Shown one piece after another: positions 18,201 through 27,100 of a stretch of DNA of 34,946 nt. Origin of the DNA: a virus (Duplodnaviria; Caudoviricetes); the IMG/VR virus record IMGVR_UViG_3300008255_000285, positions 1 through 34,946 of that record; one strand, written 5' to 3'. How positions within the stretch are numbered: position 1 is the stretch's first letter; each line of letters opens with the position of its first letter. Under the pieces are notes generated by a model. The model saw only the letters and a program-made list of their open reading frames with translations, was not told the DNA's origin and did no database searches. Both the position numbers and the translations under genes were made by a program.

Positions 18201-18921
18201 CGATATTGAGATGATGCGCCAAGACGAAGTTTACCTGCGCGACTTTCGTGAACTAGACAACGCTATCCAACAAAAACTCATAGGCGGGTCGGACAAAGTA
18301 CCTGTCACCCGTAACCGTTGGGGCGACCCCATTATACGGGACAAGGGGTGGCTCCTCGGACATCGGACTTACTTTTCACCTATTGGCATGGATGAGGGGT
18401 ACGCCGAGCCTATTGACCGCGAAATTAATCGTTTGGCGGTGGAGGGGGTCACTTTGAAGGACGGGACCCAACACGTTTTCCCCGAAGCATTGATTTCGAT
18501 GCCGCAACGTGTTATAAGGGAAGGGAAGACCTCTATCCCGCTCAACGCTGAACAGTATAGCAGGTTGATTGAAATCGCAGGGAAGGAAATTTTACTTGAC
18601 CCACTTGGCACTGGCACACCTCGGAATTTGCGTGACACGCTTAACTATCTTGTCACGAAAGCTGATAGCTATACTCGGGCCAAAGATTACCCCCAAACCC
18701 AAGCGGACCGAATTAAACAAATGTCTAAAGGGTTCGACAAATTGGCGCGTGAACAGTTGCTTGAAGAATACCCCGCCCTTAAACGTCAAATTCAAGAAGC
18801 AAAAGTCCTTGACACTCAAAAGTCTTTTGGTCTTCTTAGCGATGAAATGCGGGAGCGCATTCTGGACATCACAGGACAGGAAGATTTACTTAGGGCCACG
18901 CCTAGAAATGGAGGCCAATAA
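15265..18921 (+). CDS. Large internal virion/DNA ejection protein (1218 aa)
   Basis: Size, helical composition, LPF..TP.N and ITG.GP...W...G.RPYS segments; position before the fibre. Confidence 0.75.
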   Translation: MDNDTPIMQRIAQRMAEEGITPASGTDIAATPPEPQGEAPLSPEMTHVAQSQPVPIEFEMDETVRTDLEKKKEDPHEFTKTLLKSVVNGTTKFGQSLAQLMFDGVNAVAGTEIKAAPAAQLANESIGGRLIEGGVQFGLGYVFGGKALDAVKWAKSGNKLNDFGRAMAQGAIGDFISFTGEQERLSNTLIEIDNPIVNNAVTQYLAADPDDGDIEGRFKNLLEGAGLGAGVEAVFWAAKGLNHAKKSWAQGDDSAAKKFIKGAQEQVMQVLERNADAVGKIDASITTVTPPKGLRFNENLAPKVKIDEAKLGEVKTQMKLFTEAANWDKENAYKYLDEAIGGVVDRNTFETTDDVAAVMDSLNDVTVPDFKKWTHEEQRRTAEVYGMSVGQLKHMVDLGATSSRALLVSKSMLVDQANVIAKGIGAGMKDEDLLVEMARYKDFADLFMSFRNESGRVLDSNRMKVAISEGDRALIDDYIEDRFGTIAGFDKFKRAFAATGGDIKEVTALMKTSKWEIAGNTGLEIWKNALLSGLRTFNVNFIGSMANSTLQIPIRFMEGAAHPINRVLGKGAGESRAYMGEAAAMMMADVMSFGDMVYSAARLASRPVETLKNMEVPKSLRNKAETGLTRKFSSDYWGMNTKDGAVGRFVEKMTGGALKNEQVQRTMAKAVDVTGSVINAPGTALNIQDGFVQNHARRKQKFALIYRRMMDEKTPIAQMGDRFHELLRDQTFQEEIAKDLDLFAKRTTFQEPTGQITQAVRNFAKQRITPLHIPAFEYLLPFIDTPSNIMKQGLGETNPMIALANKEFWSKMSGAKGGVARDEALGRYMFGSSVAGFTAFQVLNGNITGGGPPDPDANRAWRDAGNRPYSVRFQTGVDQNGNPIYESYEYNKMDPVAFMIGSMANMIEVHHYTSLINDRSDKTWDDYAGAYLAKMNEMTLDKSFFTGVNDFILAISDWERYGAQWKNRFVAGFVPNIFRDIEMMRQDEVYLRDFRELDNAIQQKLIGGSDKVPVTRNRWGDPIIRDKGWLLGHRTYFSPIGMDEGYAEPIDREINRLAVEGVTLKDGTQHVFPEALISMPQRVIREGKTSIPLNAEQYSRLIEIAGKEILLDPLGTGTPRNLRDTLNYLVTKADSYTRAKDYPQTQADRIKQMSKGFDKLAREQLLEEYPALKRQIQEAKVLDTQKSFGLLSDEMRERILDITGQEDLLRATPRNGGQ

Positions 18922-20873
18922 TGCCTTTAATTATTAATGACACTACTCCTCGCGTCCAATATGTAGCCACTTCGGGGCAGAAGGATTTTGCTGTCCCCTT
19001 TGAGTGGCTGGACAATGATGAAATCAAAGTATACCAAGGGACCGATGACACCCCTATCTCGGACACTCTATACGGTCTGACGGGGGCGGGAGTGACGAAC
19101 GGAGGTACTCTGTCCTATATCACGGGCCTAACGGAGGGGACCGTGGTCACTATCGCCCGTGAGTCCGAAATCTCTCGCGATAATAACTACGTGGATGGCG
19201 GCGATTTTAGTGCACCTAACGTCAACGCCGAGATGCAACGTTTATTTTTGCTAATTCAGGAAAATCGCGACCTTTATAACCGCGCTATCAAGTTGCCTGT
19301 ATTCAGTGCTTTATCGAATTTACAATTTCCGAATGGGGAAGCGAACAAAGTTGTAGGTTGGAATTCGGACGGAACGGAATTAATCAACGGTCCGACTTTT
19401 ACAGGTCTCACTACTCTTGAGGGGATTACGGCCCAAATCCAAGCTGTGGCGGCTCTGGCCACGGAAATTGCCGCGCTTGGCGCTCTGGCCACGGAAATTG
19501 CCGCGCTATATGGTATCCGCGCCAACATTTCTACGGTGGCTGGGGTTGCCGCGTCTATCCCTGCCGTTGCCGCTATTGACACAGAAATTGCCACAGTGGC
19601 GGGAGACAGTGCCGATATCCAAGCATTGGCGGCTATTACCGCGCAAATCAACGCACTTTATGCTGTATTGGCCGAACTTACCGCCGTTTACAACAACATT
19701 GCGGACATTTCTACGGTGGCAGGGCTAACCAGTGAAATAACCACAGTGGCCGCGTTAGAAACGGAACTTGTGGCCCTAAATGCTATTTCTACTGAAATCA
19801 CAACTCTTTCTGCGTTAGATAATAAAATCGCCGCGTTATATGACATCCGAACCGATATTTCCACTGTTGCCCCCTACGCCGCCGACATCGCGGACGTAGC
19901 GGCCAATCTGTTAGGAAAAAATTTCTTGATTAATGGCGGGTTTACCGTGGACCAAATGCAGGAAGGTAACTACGTTTGTTCCACTGTTCGCGCTACGTTG
20001 GATTATTGGTACACGGGGCGTTTAGGCGCGGCCACGGGAATGACGGTGTCCCAGCAAGCTGGGTTTGGTGTTTCGGATAAATCTATTCGCTTAAAGCGGG
20101 ACGGGGGTAACACTTCCACCGCTAAAATGTACTTGGCGTATTGTGTAGATTTGGCTGACACCAAACAATTGCAAGGACAAGAAGTTACGTTGTCTATGTT
20201 GATGCGTAAAGGGGTAGACTATTCGGGGGGCGACATTTCGGCTTACGTGTTTTACAGCACTGCCGCGTCAACCGAAGAAAAGCCCCTGTCGTTTACAGGG
20301 CAAACTAATTTCGGTTCAGGTAGTGTTACCCCCACAGCGGGCAATTTCTCCATAGAGGTCACCGCTACGGTTCCTACAAATGCCACTCAAATCGGTTTCG
20401 TGGTGGAATGGACCCCTTCGGGAACTGCGGGTTCTGGGGACTATGTGGAATACACAGACGCAAAATGGGAAGTGGGCGGTGTTGCCACCCCGTTCCGTTT
20501 AGAGCGCACTTTCCGTGAGGAATTGGACCTATGTGAAGGGAGGCTAGAAAAATCTTTTGCATATGGAACTAAACCTCAAGTAGGCAGTGCATATTGGGCG
20601 GGTGGCGGTTATGCCTTGAACGCCAACCGTACAGACCGTTATGGTATGGCGGCTCATGTCGGGTTTAGTCGGAGAAAAGCTAAAAGCCCAACGATCACCA
20701 TTTACGGGAGCGCCAATACAGGTTACATGTACGACGGAGGCGTGGCTTTAGATCGTTTGGCCGAATTGGTCTTTATCGGGGAAAAAGGGTTCGTCTGCGC
20801 GGGCGGCGCGGGGTCGACAACTACAGCAAACTCTGCAGTCGTTTTTGCATGGTTAGCAGACGCAAGGCCATAG
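18921..20873 (+). CDS. Tail fibre / receptor-binding protein
   Basis: T7 gp17-like N-terminal adaptor (YVATSGQKDFAVPFE), ~10-residue Ala/Ile repeat shaft, KNFLINGGF carbohydrate-binding-like domain. Confidence 0.88.
   Translation: MPLIINDTTPRVQYVATSGQKDFAVPFEWLDNDEIKVYQGTDDTPISDTLYGLTGAGVTNGGTLSYITGLTEGTVVTIARESEISRDNNYVDGGDFSAPNVNAEMQRLFLLIQENRDLYNRAIKLPVFSALSNLQFPNGEANKVVGWNSDGTELINGPTFTGLTTLEGITAQIQAVAALATEIAALGALATEIAALYGIRANISTVAGVAASIPAVAAIDTEIATVAGDSADIQALAAITAQINALYAVLAELTAVYNNIADISTVAGLTSEITTVAALETELVALNAISTEITTLSALDNKIAALYDIRTDISTVAPYAADIADVAANLLGKNFLINGGFTVDQMQEGNYVCSTVRATLDYWYTGRLGAATGMTVSQQAGFGVSDKSIRLKRDGGNTSTAKMYLAYCVDLADTKQLQGQEVTLSMLMRKGVDYSGGDISAYVFYSTAASTEEKPLSFTGQTNFGSGSVTPTAGNFSIEVTATVPTNATQIGFVVEWTPSGTAGSGDYVEYTDAKWEVGGVATPFRLERTFREELDLCEGRLEKSFAYGTKPQVGSAYWAGGGYALNANRTDRYGMAAHVGFSRRKAKSPTITIYGSANTGYMYDGGVALDRLAELVFIGEKGFVCAGGAGSTTTANSAVVFAWLADARP
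19452..19507 (+). repeat. 26-bp direct repeat with 30-bp period in the fibre shaft
   Basis: GCTCTGGCCACGGAAATTGCCGCGCT at 19452 and 19482. Confidence 0.9.
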
Positions 20874-20882
20874 GAGGTTTAA

Positions 20883-21056
20883 ATGAGAGCACAGTACCTA
20901 TATAATAAATTTTTCCCTGACCAATCTAACATCAGGGTGACCGATGACGAGGGGAATGTGAAATTTGTCCCTGTGGACGAACGTAATTCTGATTATGTGG
21001 CGTTATTGGCTAGCGGCATAGAAATTGAACCTGCTGAACCAGAGGAGGACGAATAA
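20883..21056 (+). CDS. Small tail-fibre-associated (chaperone-like) protein, 57 aa, not in the ORF track
   Basis: AGGAGG SD; MRAQYLYNKFFPDQSNIRVTDDEGNVKFVPVDERNSDYVALLASGIEIEPAEPEEDE*; TAATG overlap with the next gene. Confidence 0.7.
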   Translation: MRAQYLYNKFFPDQSNIRVTDDEGNVKFVPVDERNSDYVALLASGIEIEPAEPEEDE

Positions 21057-21577
21057 TGAACCCTATTTTACTTATACCCTTATTTTGTTCTTATGCTAAC
21101 CGCATCAGAGGAGATGGCGACCAGTCAGGCGGCGATTTTCTCTTTGCTGTAGCGTGGGCTATGTGTTGCGGGGCGATGGGGGCAGAGCCGTGGCAATCTT
21201 TGCTTTCTGCCGCCTTGATGTGGGGCGCACAATCCTTGAAATGGGGACCCATATTTGGTGCTCTTGGGGGCTGGTTCGAAGGAAGTTTCGATTTAGGTAA
21301 AAAACTGGCGTGGATTAATTGGCTTTGCGAACCCTTCGAAAAAGATGTCTTTAAATGGGGGTGTGCGGCGGCTATTTTGCGCGGGTTGCCCTATATGGGG
21401 GCGTTTCTTGTCCTCGGCGCGTGGGGCGCGGCCCTCGCCGCTCCGTTCGGGTTTTTTATTTCTTATCTTCTAGGTATAAAGTTTGAACAAAAAGTTTTTA
21501 AACGAGATGGGTGGGTCCTTGCCGAGTTTGTATTTGGTTTCACCCTAGGCGCATTGTTGATTACAGGATTGGCCTAA
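21056..21577 (+). CDS. Multi-pass membrane protein (possible holin or other envelope function)
   Basis: Several hydrophobic segments; GAGGAGG SD; start of the lysis region. Confidence 0.65.
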   Translation: MNPILLIPLFCSYANRIRGDGDQSGGDFLFAVAWAMCCGAMGAEPWQSLLSAALMWGAQSLKWGPIFGALGGWFEGSFDLGKKLAWINWLCEPFEKDVFKWGCAAAILRGLPYMGAFLVLGAWGAALAAPFGFFISYLLGIKFEQKVFKRDGWVLAEFVFGFTLGALLITGLA

Positions 21578-21972
21578 TGGAACAAATACTAAATGAATTG
21601 AGAGAAATTGATGAACGCCATAATCAACAAGTAACAGCTTTAGTACAAGAAGTACACGCTATGGCTTTGGTTATGACCAAACAAGTAAGCATGTTGGAGG
21701 CCCATATTAAGCTTACGGAGTACCAAAGCAAAAAACAAGACCAAGACATTGACCGCATTGGGGAAATGGCCAGAGGGAACCGCACTTTGATTGAAAAAAT
21801 CATGGAGTGGAAAGAAGATATTAATGAAAAGTTGGCCGAAGAAAAAGGGCAATCCAAAGTAGCCCGTATTTTGTGGCGTATTTTTTGGGCGGGGTGTGGC
21901 TTTGCGGGTTCTGTAATGCTTGTCATTCTCCCATTTCTTATCAACCATTACTTTCCAGAGCAGGGCCAATAA
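21577..21972 (+). CDS. Coiled-coil protein with C-terminal TM helix (holin/antiholin-like); start MEQIL
   Basis: TAATG coupling at both ends; directly upstream of the endolysin. Confidence 0.6.
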   Translation: MEQILNELREIDERHNQQVTALVQEVHAMALVMTKQVSMLEAHIKLTEYQSKKQDQDIDRIGEMARGNRTLIEKIMEWKEDINEKLAEEKGQSKVARILWRIFWAGCGFAGSVMLVILPFLINHYFPEQGQ

Positions 21973-22454
21973 TGTATAACAAAAATTTTAATGGCAGGGG
22001 GTGGCAGAAAGCGGTTCTGGGAACTGTGGTTACTGTGGCCGTTGGCACTAGCGGTTTTGTTTACAGCTTGCGGTCATTAAATAATGTTAAAGAAACACAA
22101 CCCGCCATGGTGGCCCTTACAGATTGCGCATTAAACAAATCTTTGGTGGATTTTGTCGTGATTGATGGTGGCCGTTCTGACGAGGAACACGCTAATAACC
22201 TTAAAAAAGGCGTGTCGTGGATTAAACGGTCTAAACACCAAGATGGACTGGCTGTAGACGTGGCGGCGTACGTTGACGGCAAAATTACTTACGACCCACA
22301 CCCCTATTCGTACATAGCGGGGGCGTTTTATTTTTGTAGCGAAAAATTAGGCATACCTGTAACATGGGGAGGCGAATGGAAAGTACGAGATTTGATGCAT
22401 TTTGAGACAGTGAAACTGGAATACATCGATAATCGTTGGGTAAGGAGGGACTAA
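21972..22454 (+). CDS. Endolysin, peptidase M15 (L-Ala-D-Glu type), with N-terminal hydrophobic segment
   Basis: G.RS...SKH..GLAVD...WGGEW...DLMHFE zinc motifs; ATG coupled to the upstream TAA. Confidence 0.85.
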   Translation: MYNKNFNGRGWQKAVLGTVVTVAVGTSGFVYSLRSLNNVKETQPAMVALTDCALNKSLVDFVVIDGGRSDEEHANNLKKGVSWIKRSKHQDGLAVDVAAYVDGKITYDPHPYSYIAGAFYFCSEKLGIPVTWGGEWKVRDLMHFETVKLEYIDNRWVRRD

Positions 22455-22807
22455 TGTGGAAAATAATTTCCGCCTTTTTTAAAGGCATAACCCCGAAAGG
22501 ATGGTTAATTATGGCCGGACTAGCATTAACTGTGGCCTTACTTGTGTACGCTGACAACCAGTGGAACACTTACAAAAACAAACTAAAGGAAGAAGGACGA
22601 GCGGAGGCGCGGGCCGTATGTGAAGCAAACTTTAATTCGCTACGCCAATCCGCGAGCGCAAAAATCCAAGAAGCTAACCAAAAACTGGAGGACCTCATTA
22701 ATGACACTGACTTTTCGCGCACTGACACCGCTTGTGGGTCTCTTATTGACCCTTACATTTACGGGATGCCAGAACCAAAATACCGTAAAAGCCCAACTAA
22801 GCACTGA
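22454..22807 (+). CDS. Inner-membrane spanin (Rz-like)
   Basis: AAGGAGG SD; N-terminal TM followed by a coiled coil; follows the endolysin. Confidence 0.75.
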   Translation: MWKIISAFFKGITPKGWLIMAGLALTVALLVYADNQWNTYKNKLKEEGRAEARAVCEANFNSLRQSASAKIQEANQKLEDLINDTDFSRTDTACGSLIDPYIYGMPEPKYRKSPTKH

Positions 22808-22958
22808 CGCAAACAGCGCGGCTAAGGTTTTGGACCCTAACACGGATTGTGATTATCCCTTAAAACCGTCTTACCCTTACACGGAGGAAGAAAGGCGTGT
22901 TTATTTGGCCCGCCTTGAGGCTAACCTGACCAAATGTATGGCCCTCGTGGGACGATAA
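22701..22958 (+). CDS. Outer-membrane lipoprotein spanin (Rz1-like, overlapping)
   Basis: GGAGG SD, ATG at 22701, signal peptide with lipobox LTFTG-C; overlaps the i-spanin in another frame. Confidence 0.75.
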   Translation: MTLTFRALTPLVGLLLTLTFTGCQNQNTVKAQLSTDANSAAKVLDPNTDCDYPLKPSYPYTEEERRVYLARLEANLTKCMALVGR

Positions 22959-23048
22959 GATTTAAGCCTTACGGAATATATACTTCGGACACCATATTAA
23001 TATAGCTAGCATATTCTCCGATATGCCTTCTCGCGTCTCTCTGGGGGC

Positions 23049-25178
23049 TTAAATCGGGATGTCAGAACCGTGTCGGAGGCGGCACGGACGGCATCGGACC
23101 ACAGAACCCCCTAAACGGCGGTTGTAAGGTTCACAACCCATGGCGTTCATACGTCTGCCCCACACCACGGAAATAAAAGGGTTCCTGTAGCCGTTGTTTT
23201 TGGCCCATTCCGAGTAATCTCCATACAAATCGTTACTTGGTTCGCCCTTGTCGGCTTCACATTCTTCCATTCTCTCATGAAACCATAACTTCACGCTATC
23301 ATTTTCCATCATGTAGTCCTCAATCTCTTCGGTCGACGACATAGGCGGGTCAAATTTTCCTCGTTTGTATAGTCTTCCTAGAGCGGACATCCACCGTTTA
23401 AATATTCCTGCCCGCTCCGCGTTTAGTTTCTTGTCCAAGTCGGGGTCGGGATTGGCTACCCTATTTTCACATCGTAGGATAATCATGCGGCGTTTTAGCG
23501 CGTCCGAATTGTCGCTTGTCGCGGGCATTTCGTTGACCAACTCAATAAACCGTGTCGTTAGCATTACGTTGTTGCGCGTTTCGCCATACAAATAACGGAT
23601 GTCCACGGGGTCCTCGCCCGTAATCTTTTTTAGATAGGTGTCCGCCATCGTGTTAAGCTTGGATTGCTCACCACTTATGTTCACTTTTTTACCGACAAGG
23701 GACGTTCTCTTACGCTCATCGTTTAAATCAGTAATCGATACGGACCCCACCGCGTCAGGGTCCTGCATGGATTTAAGGATACGGGCCAAAGTACCTTTGC
23801 CGTTGCCGCCTGGACCCTTCAATACCAAAAATTTCTGGAACGACATGTCGTCAATCAGTGTTAGAGCGAAAAATTCCTCCATCAAGTCCATTGATTGTTG
23901 GTCTTTCTTGAACGTGTCGGATAAAAACTTATCATAGGTGGGACATTCGGCTTTATCGTCCCAATCGAAGTCCAGTTGGTGAAGGATTTCGTGGTCACGG
24001 TCGTGCTTCTCTAACTGTCCCGTCCTAGCGTTATACGTCCCGTTCTTAAGACATATGCGGTGACGCTTCGGGTCGTGTCGTGCGTCCACTCCTGCCGTCA
24101 CCCCGAAGTATTCTCGGGACTGGAGGGTGTGAATGATGTCGAGGGCGTTTTTCACATCGGACTTTTTTAGGGTGACATCCGCTTCGTACATTTCTTTCTT
24201 GAGCCACTCCACGTTAATTGTGGGCCAATGACCGTCCTTATAGTGGCGGAGTTGCCCGTCCACGGTGGCTACATTTTCTGGCCCCCCTAGTTGTTCTATT
24301 CCCCAAAGGGCCATTACTCTCTCGGGCGGGGCTTTCTTTCCTTTTTTCTTGGACGACCCCTGCATGCCTTTTTCTTTGGCACTGTCAATCCAGCCTTGTA
24401 TGGTTTTGGTAGCTTGGGGCCAGTTGTATTTGTCGCCGTTTCGGGCACATGCTTCGCGTTTGGCGCGTTCGATGCGTTGGTGTATCACTTGGTCGGGCCA
24501 GTCCCTTGACACCATCCACGCCACGGCCTCCACGCACGTGTCGTGCGTATTTCCCCCTTTGTCTACCCCCAACCACAACATTTCGTTGAGGTCCCTTATC
24601 TTGTCGCCCTTGCGTTGACAGACGGCGATAATTTCATCAATCGCCCAGCTGGTAATGACAGGAAGCCTGTGGGGGAAACCCTCTTCAATAGGGGCGGTCG
24701 TCCAGTAATATGGTTTTTCTGTCTTGGGGTGGATGGACGGGGGGACCACAGTCTGTGACCCGTGACACAGGATTTCTACCGAGGGCAGGCGTTCAGGCTT
24801 CCCGTCTTTGTCTTTCCGTTTGATTTTTTGGTTTATAACATCCGAAGGTGCTAGGCCAAAAATAGTAAGGCCTTTGCTCCCCTTCTTGGCAGGAGCGTCC
24901 CGCGTCCCGATTGCGTTAAGCACGGGTTCTACCATGTCGTCACTATCCACGTCAATCGCTATTAAAAAATATTCGCTTTCGATTTCCGTGCCGAGGGCCA
25001 AACCGATGTGGTTTAGGTTGTATTGTGCTTCCCAATCCCTAATCTTGGCGGGGGTCGGCTGTTGACTGCAATATTTCTGCCAATCATTTTCAATCGGGCG
25101 TTTTTCGCCTTCCTTTAAAGGGATGGGGCTAAGCCCTAATTCTACGTATTTGTTAAATTCTGGATGTTTTAACTGCAT
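23049..25178 (-). CDS. Primase-polymerase / D5-P4-type SF3 helicase fusion
   Basis: PIPL..GEKRP, IAIDVD, QTVVPPSIHP..Y.W prim-pol motifs; NGTY D5 segment; Walker A GPGGNGKGT; LKKITG.D, N.MP, RR..I. Confidence 0.92.
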   Translation of the reverse strand: MQLKHPEFNKYVELGLSPIPLKEGEKRPIENDWQKYCSQQPTPAKIRDWEAQYNLNHIGLALGTEIESEYFLIAIDVDSDDMVEPVLNAIGTRDAPAKKGSKGLTIFGLAPSDVINQKIKRKDKDGKPERLPSVEILCHGSQTVVPPSIHPKTEKPYYWTTAPIEEGFPHRLPVITSWAIDEIIAVCQRKGDKIRDLNEMLWLGVDKGGNTHDTCVEAVAWMVSRDWPDQVIHQRIERAKREACARNGDKYNWPQATKTIQGWIDSAKEKGMQGSSKKKGKKAPPERVMALWGIEQLGGPENVATVDGQLRHYKDGHWPTINVEWLKKEMYEADVTLKKSDVKNALDIIHTLQSREYFGVTAGVDARHDPKRHRICLKNGTYNARTGQLEKHDRDHEILHQLDFDWDDKAECPTYDKFLSDTFKKDQQSMDLMEEFFALTLIDDMSFQKFLVLKGPGGNGKGTLARILKSMQDPDAVGSVSITDLNDERKRTSLVGKKVNISGEQSKLNTMADTYLKKITGEDPVDIRYLYGETRNNVMLTTRFIELVNEMPATSDNSDALKRRMIILRCENRVANPDPDLDKKLNAERAGIFKRWMSALGRLYKRGKFDPPMSSTEEIEDYMMENDSVKLWFHERMEECEADKGEPSNDLYGDYSEWAKNNGYRNPFISVVWGRRMNAMGCEPYNRRLGGSVVRCRPCRLRHGSDIPI

Positions 25179-26541
25179 CTATAATTACCCCCGCTAAGTC
25201 TTTCTTTTGTTGCAAGGCCTTGATTACTTTGGCCTCTATGGTTGAAGTTACAAAGTCAATGATGTTGACCCCGTGTTGTTGGCCGATACGATGGTTACGG
25301 TCTTCGATTTGAAGACGGTCGTCCAGCGAGAACGAATTTTCGTAGAAAACGGTGGTGTGGCACGGCATTTCCTTGTCACCAAGTAGAGTGTGTCCATATT
25401 TAGCCGCGCTAGACTGGCAAACGATAACACGCGCATCGCCTGTGTTAAATCGTTTTTTCGCATCGTCAATTTCCGCATCGCTTAAACCTCCGTAAATTCC
25501 TGCCACGCCATACGGTTCTAATTCTTTCATTAGAAGCTTCGTAGAATACGTGAAGAAGGTTACTACTACAACACGGCTGTCTATTTCCTCCAATATCTCC
25601 TTCAACTCATTTAATTTTGGGTTCCCCCCTGTGATGAGTTGGGCTTCTTTGTTTTCATCGTACACAAAGCCAGAAGAAATCTGTTGTAACTTGCCCATCT
25701 GGGTAATTACCATTTGTGCCTCGATGTGTTCTTGGTTTACCATAGTGACAAAATCATCCACCATTTCTTTATAAATGCGCTTTTGGGCGGGCGTTTGCGG
25801 TATGTTGCGCACATAATACATTTTCGGGGGGATGTCGGTCCAGTCTTCTTTTTTCGCCCGAAACGCGTTTTGGTCGATTATAGCTTGTAATTCGGGCATG
25901 GTGTTAGGGTTGGCCCCCATTATTTGTTTCCCCTGATATCCACCCATTACACAATACCGTTTTTTAAAATTGGCATAAGGCATGCCCTTCAACGCCCCGA
26001 TGAATTTTAATTGGGACCACACGTCTTGCGGCCCCTGTACCATAGGTGCGCCCGATAAAATACGGGTAAAAGAACAGGAACGAGCGATACCGAGCAGGGA
26101 TTTAGTTCTAACTCCGTTGTGCTTCTTGATTTGGGTGCTTTCGTCCAAGACAAGCATCACGCGCCGCCCCATGTCGAGTAATTGTTTAATGTACAAGTAT
26201 CCCCGTTTACTGGCGATGGCTAAAGTTTCATAGTTAAGGATTTTAACTCTTGGTTTTAGGTCTGGGGTACAGTCATCCCACACCTCGGATTTAAGTTTGC
26301 CTTCGGACCAAAACTCTACTTCATTGGCCCAGTTGGTTTTCAACGAATTAGGACATACCACGATTAAGTTATCTACTTTGTCATCTATCAACAACTGCAT
26401 AAACTCCGCCAGTGTGACGGCGGTCTTCCCAAGTCCCATCTCCATAAAATACGCAAACCCATGTCTTCGGTCTGCGGTTTTGGATAGGGCTAAGGCCTGA
26501 ACTTCAAAAGGGCTATGCTTTAGGGGCCATGTCTGTATCAT
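25153..26541 (-). CDS. SNF2-family (SF2) helicase; start uncertain (26541-26616)
   Basis: MEMGLGKT, VVCP, NYE, VLDES..IK, LSGAP, G.TL and Q.EDR.HRIGQ motifs. Confidence 0.9.
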   Translation of the reverse strand: MIQTWPLKHSPFEVQALALSKTADRRHGFAYFMEMGLGKTAVTLAEFMQLLIDDKVDNLIVVCPNSLKTNWANEVEFWSEGKLKSEVWDDCTPDLKPRVKILNYETLAIASKRGYLYIKQLLDMGRRVMLVLDESTQIKKHNGVRTKSLLGIARSCSFTRILSGAPMVQGPQDVWSQLKFIGALKGMPYANFKKRYCVMGGYQGKQIMGANPNTMPELQAIIDQNAFRAKKEDWTDIPPKMYYVRNIPQTPAQKRIYKEMVDDFVTMVNQEHIEAQMVITQMGKLQQISSGFVYDENKEAQLITGGNPKLNELKEILEEIDSRVVVVTFFTYSTKLLMKELEPYGVAGIYGGLSDAEIDDAKKRFNTGDARVIVCQSSAAKYGHTLLGDKEMPCHTTVFYENSFSLDDRLQIEDRNHRIGQQHGVNIIDFVTSTIEAKVIKALQQKKDLAGVIIDAVKTSRI

Positions 26542-27100
26542 TTTCTGGTAAAAACTTTCTATCAGCTTGTTTTGCGATAAAGTCTTTGAACAATAAGACT
26601 TTGTAGGCTTCTTCAATCGGGAGTACGTCTATGGCTTTCACCAATCGGTCTTGTACTGTCTTAAGCAACCCGTCCGTGTCGGATAGCGTGTTGCCCATGC
26701 GCAATTCCATGTAGAGGTATGCGTATTCATCCATTAAGTCCGCAATCTTAACAATCGACTTGGGCCAAAATGACGGACTAGTGCGGTTGCCAAAACACTG
26801 AATTTCTTTGTTGCGTTCGAAATTCTCGCGTCTGTGCGGGTCTTGTATCTCGCGCTTTACAGGGCCAGGTATGTCTGACATAAAACACTCGTGCCTGTCA
26901 TGAATGAGGGCGTACCGAACCACACTTAACCTCTCATTGTCGTGCATTACGTGTCCTGCCCGTGTCGTGAGAAACGTGCATATTTGGTCCGCGTACAGGG
27001 CCACGTAATACATGTGTTCTGCCACAGATTGTACGTGTTTAGTGGGAAAAATACCCCATCTTGGGACAAAGGCCAAATCTCTATAATCTCTTTCAAACAT
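26513..27100 (-). CDS. datZ: HD-domain (YfbR-like) deoxynucleotide phosphohydrolase, DatZ-like dATPase; start MFERDY
   Basis: V.RW, QSVAEH, LIHD..E..MSDIP.PVK, IVKIAD motifs; GGAGG SD before the ATG at 27100; next to purZ. Confidence 0.8.
   Translation of the reverse strand: MFERDYRDLAFVPRWGIFPTKHVQSVAEHMYYVALYADQICTFLTTRAGHVMHDNERLSVVRYALIHDRHECFMSDIPGPVKREIQDPHRRENFERNKEIQCFGNRTSPSFWPKSIVKIADLMDEYAYLYMELRMGNTLSDTDGLLKTVQDRLVKAIDVLPIEEAYKVLLFKDFIAKQADRKFLPENDTDMAPKA

Noticed and set aside
22959-23048. Bidirectional terminator at the convergence of the two arms
   Set aside because: Only short AT-rich palindromes and no convincing GC stem with a U-tract.
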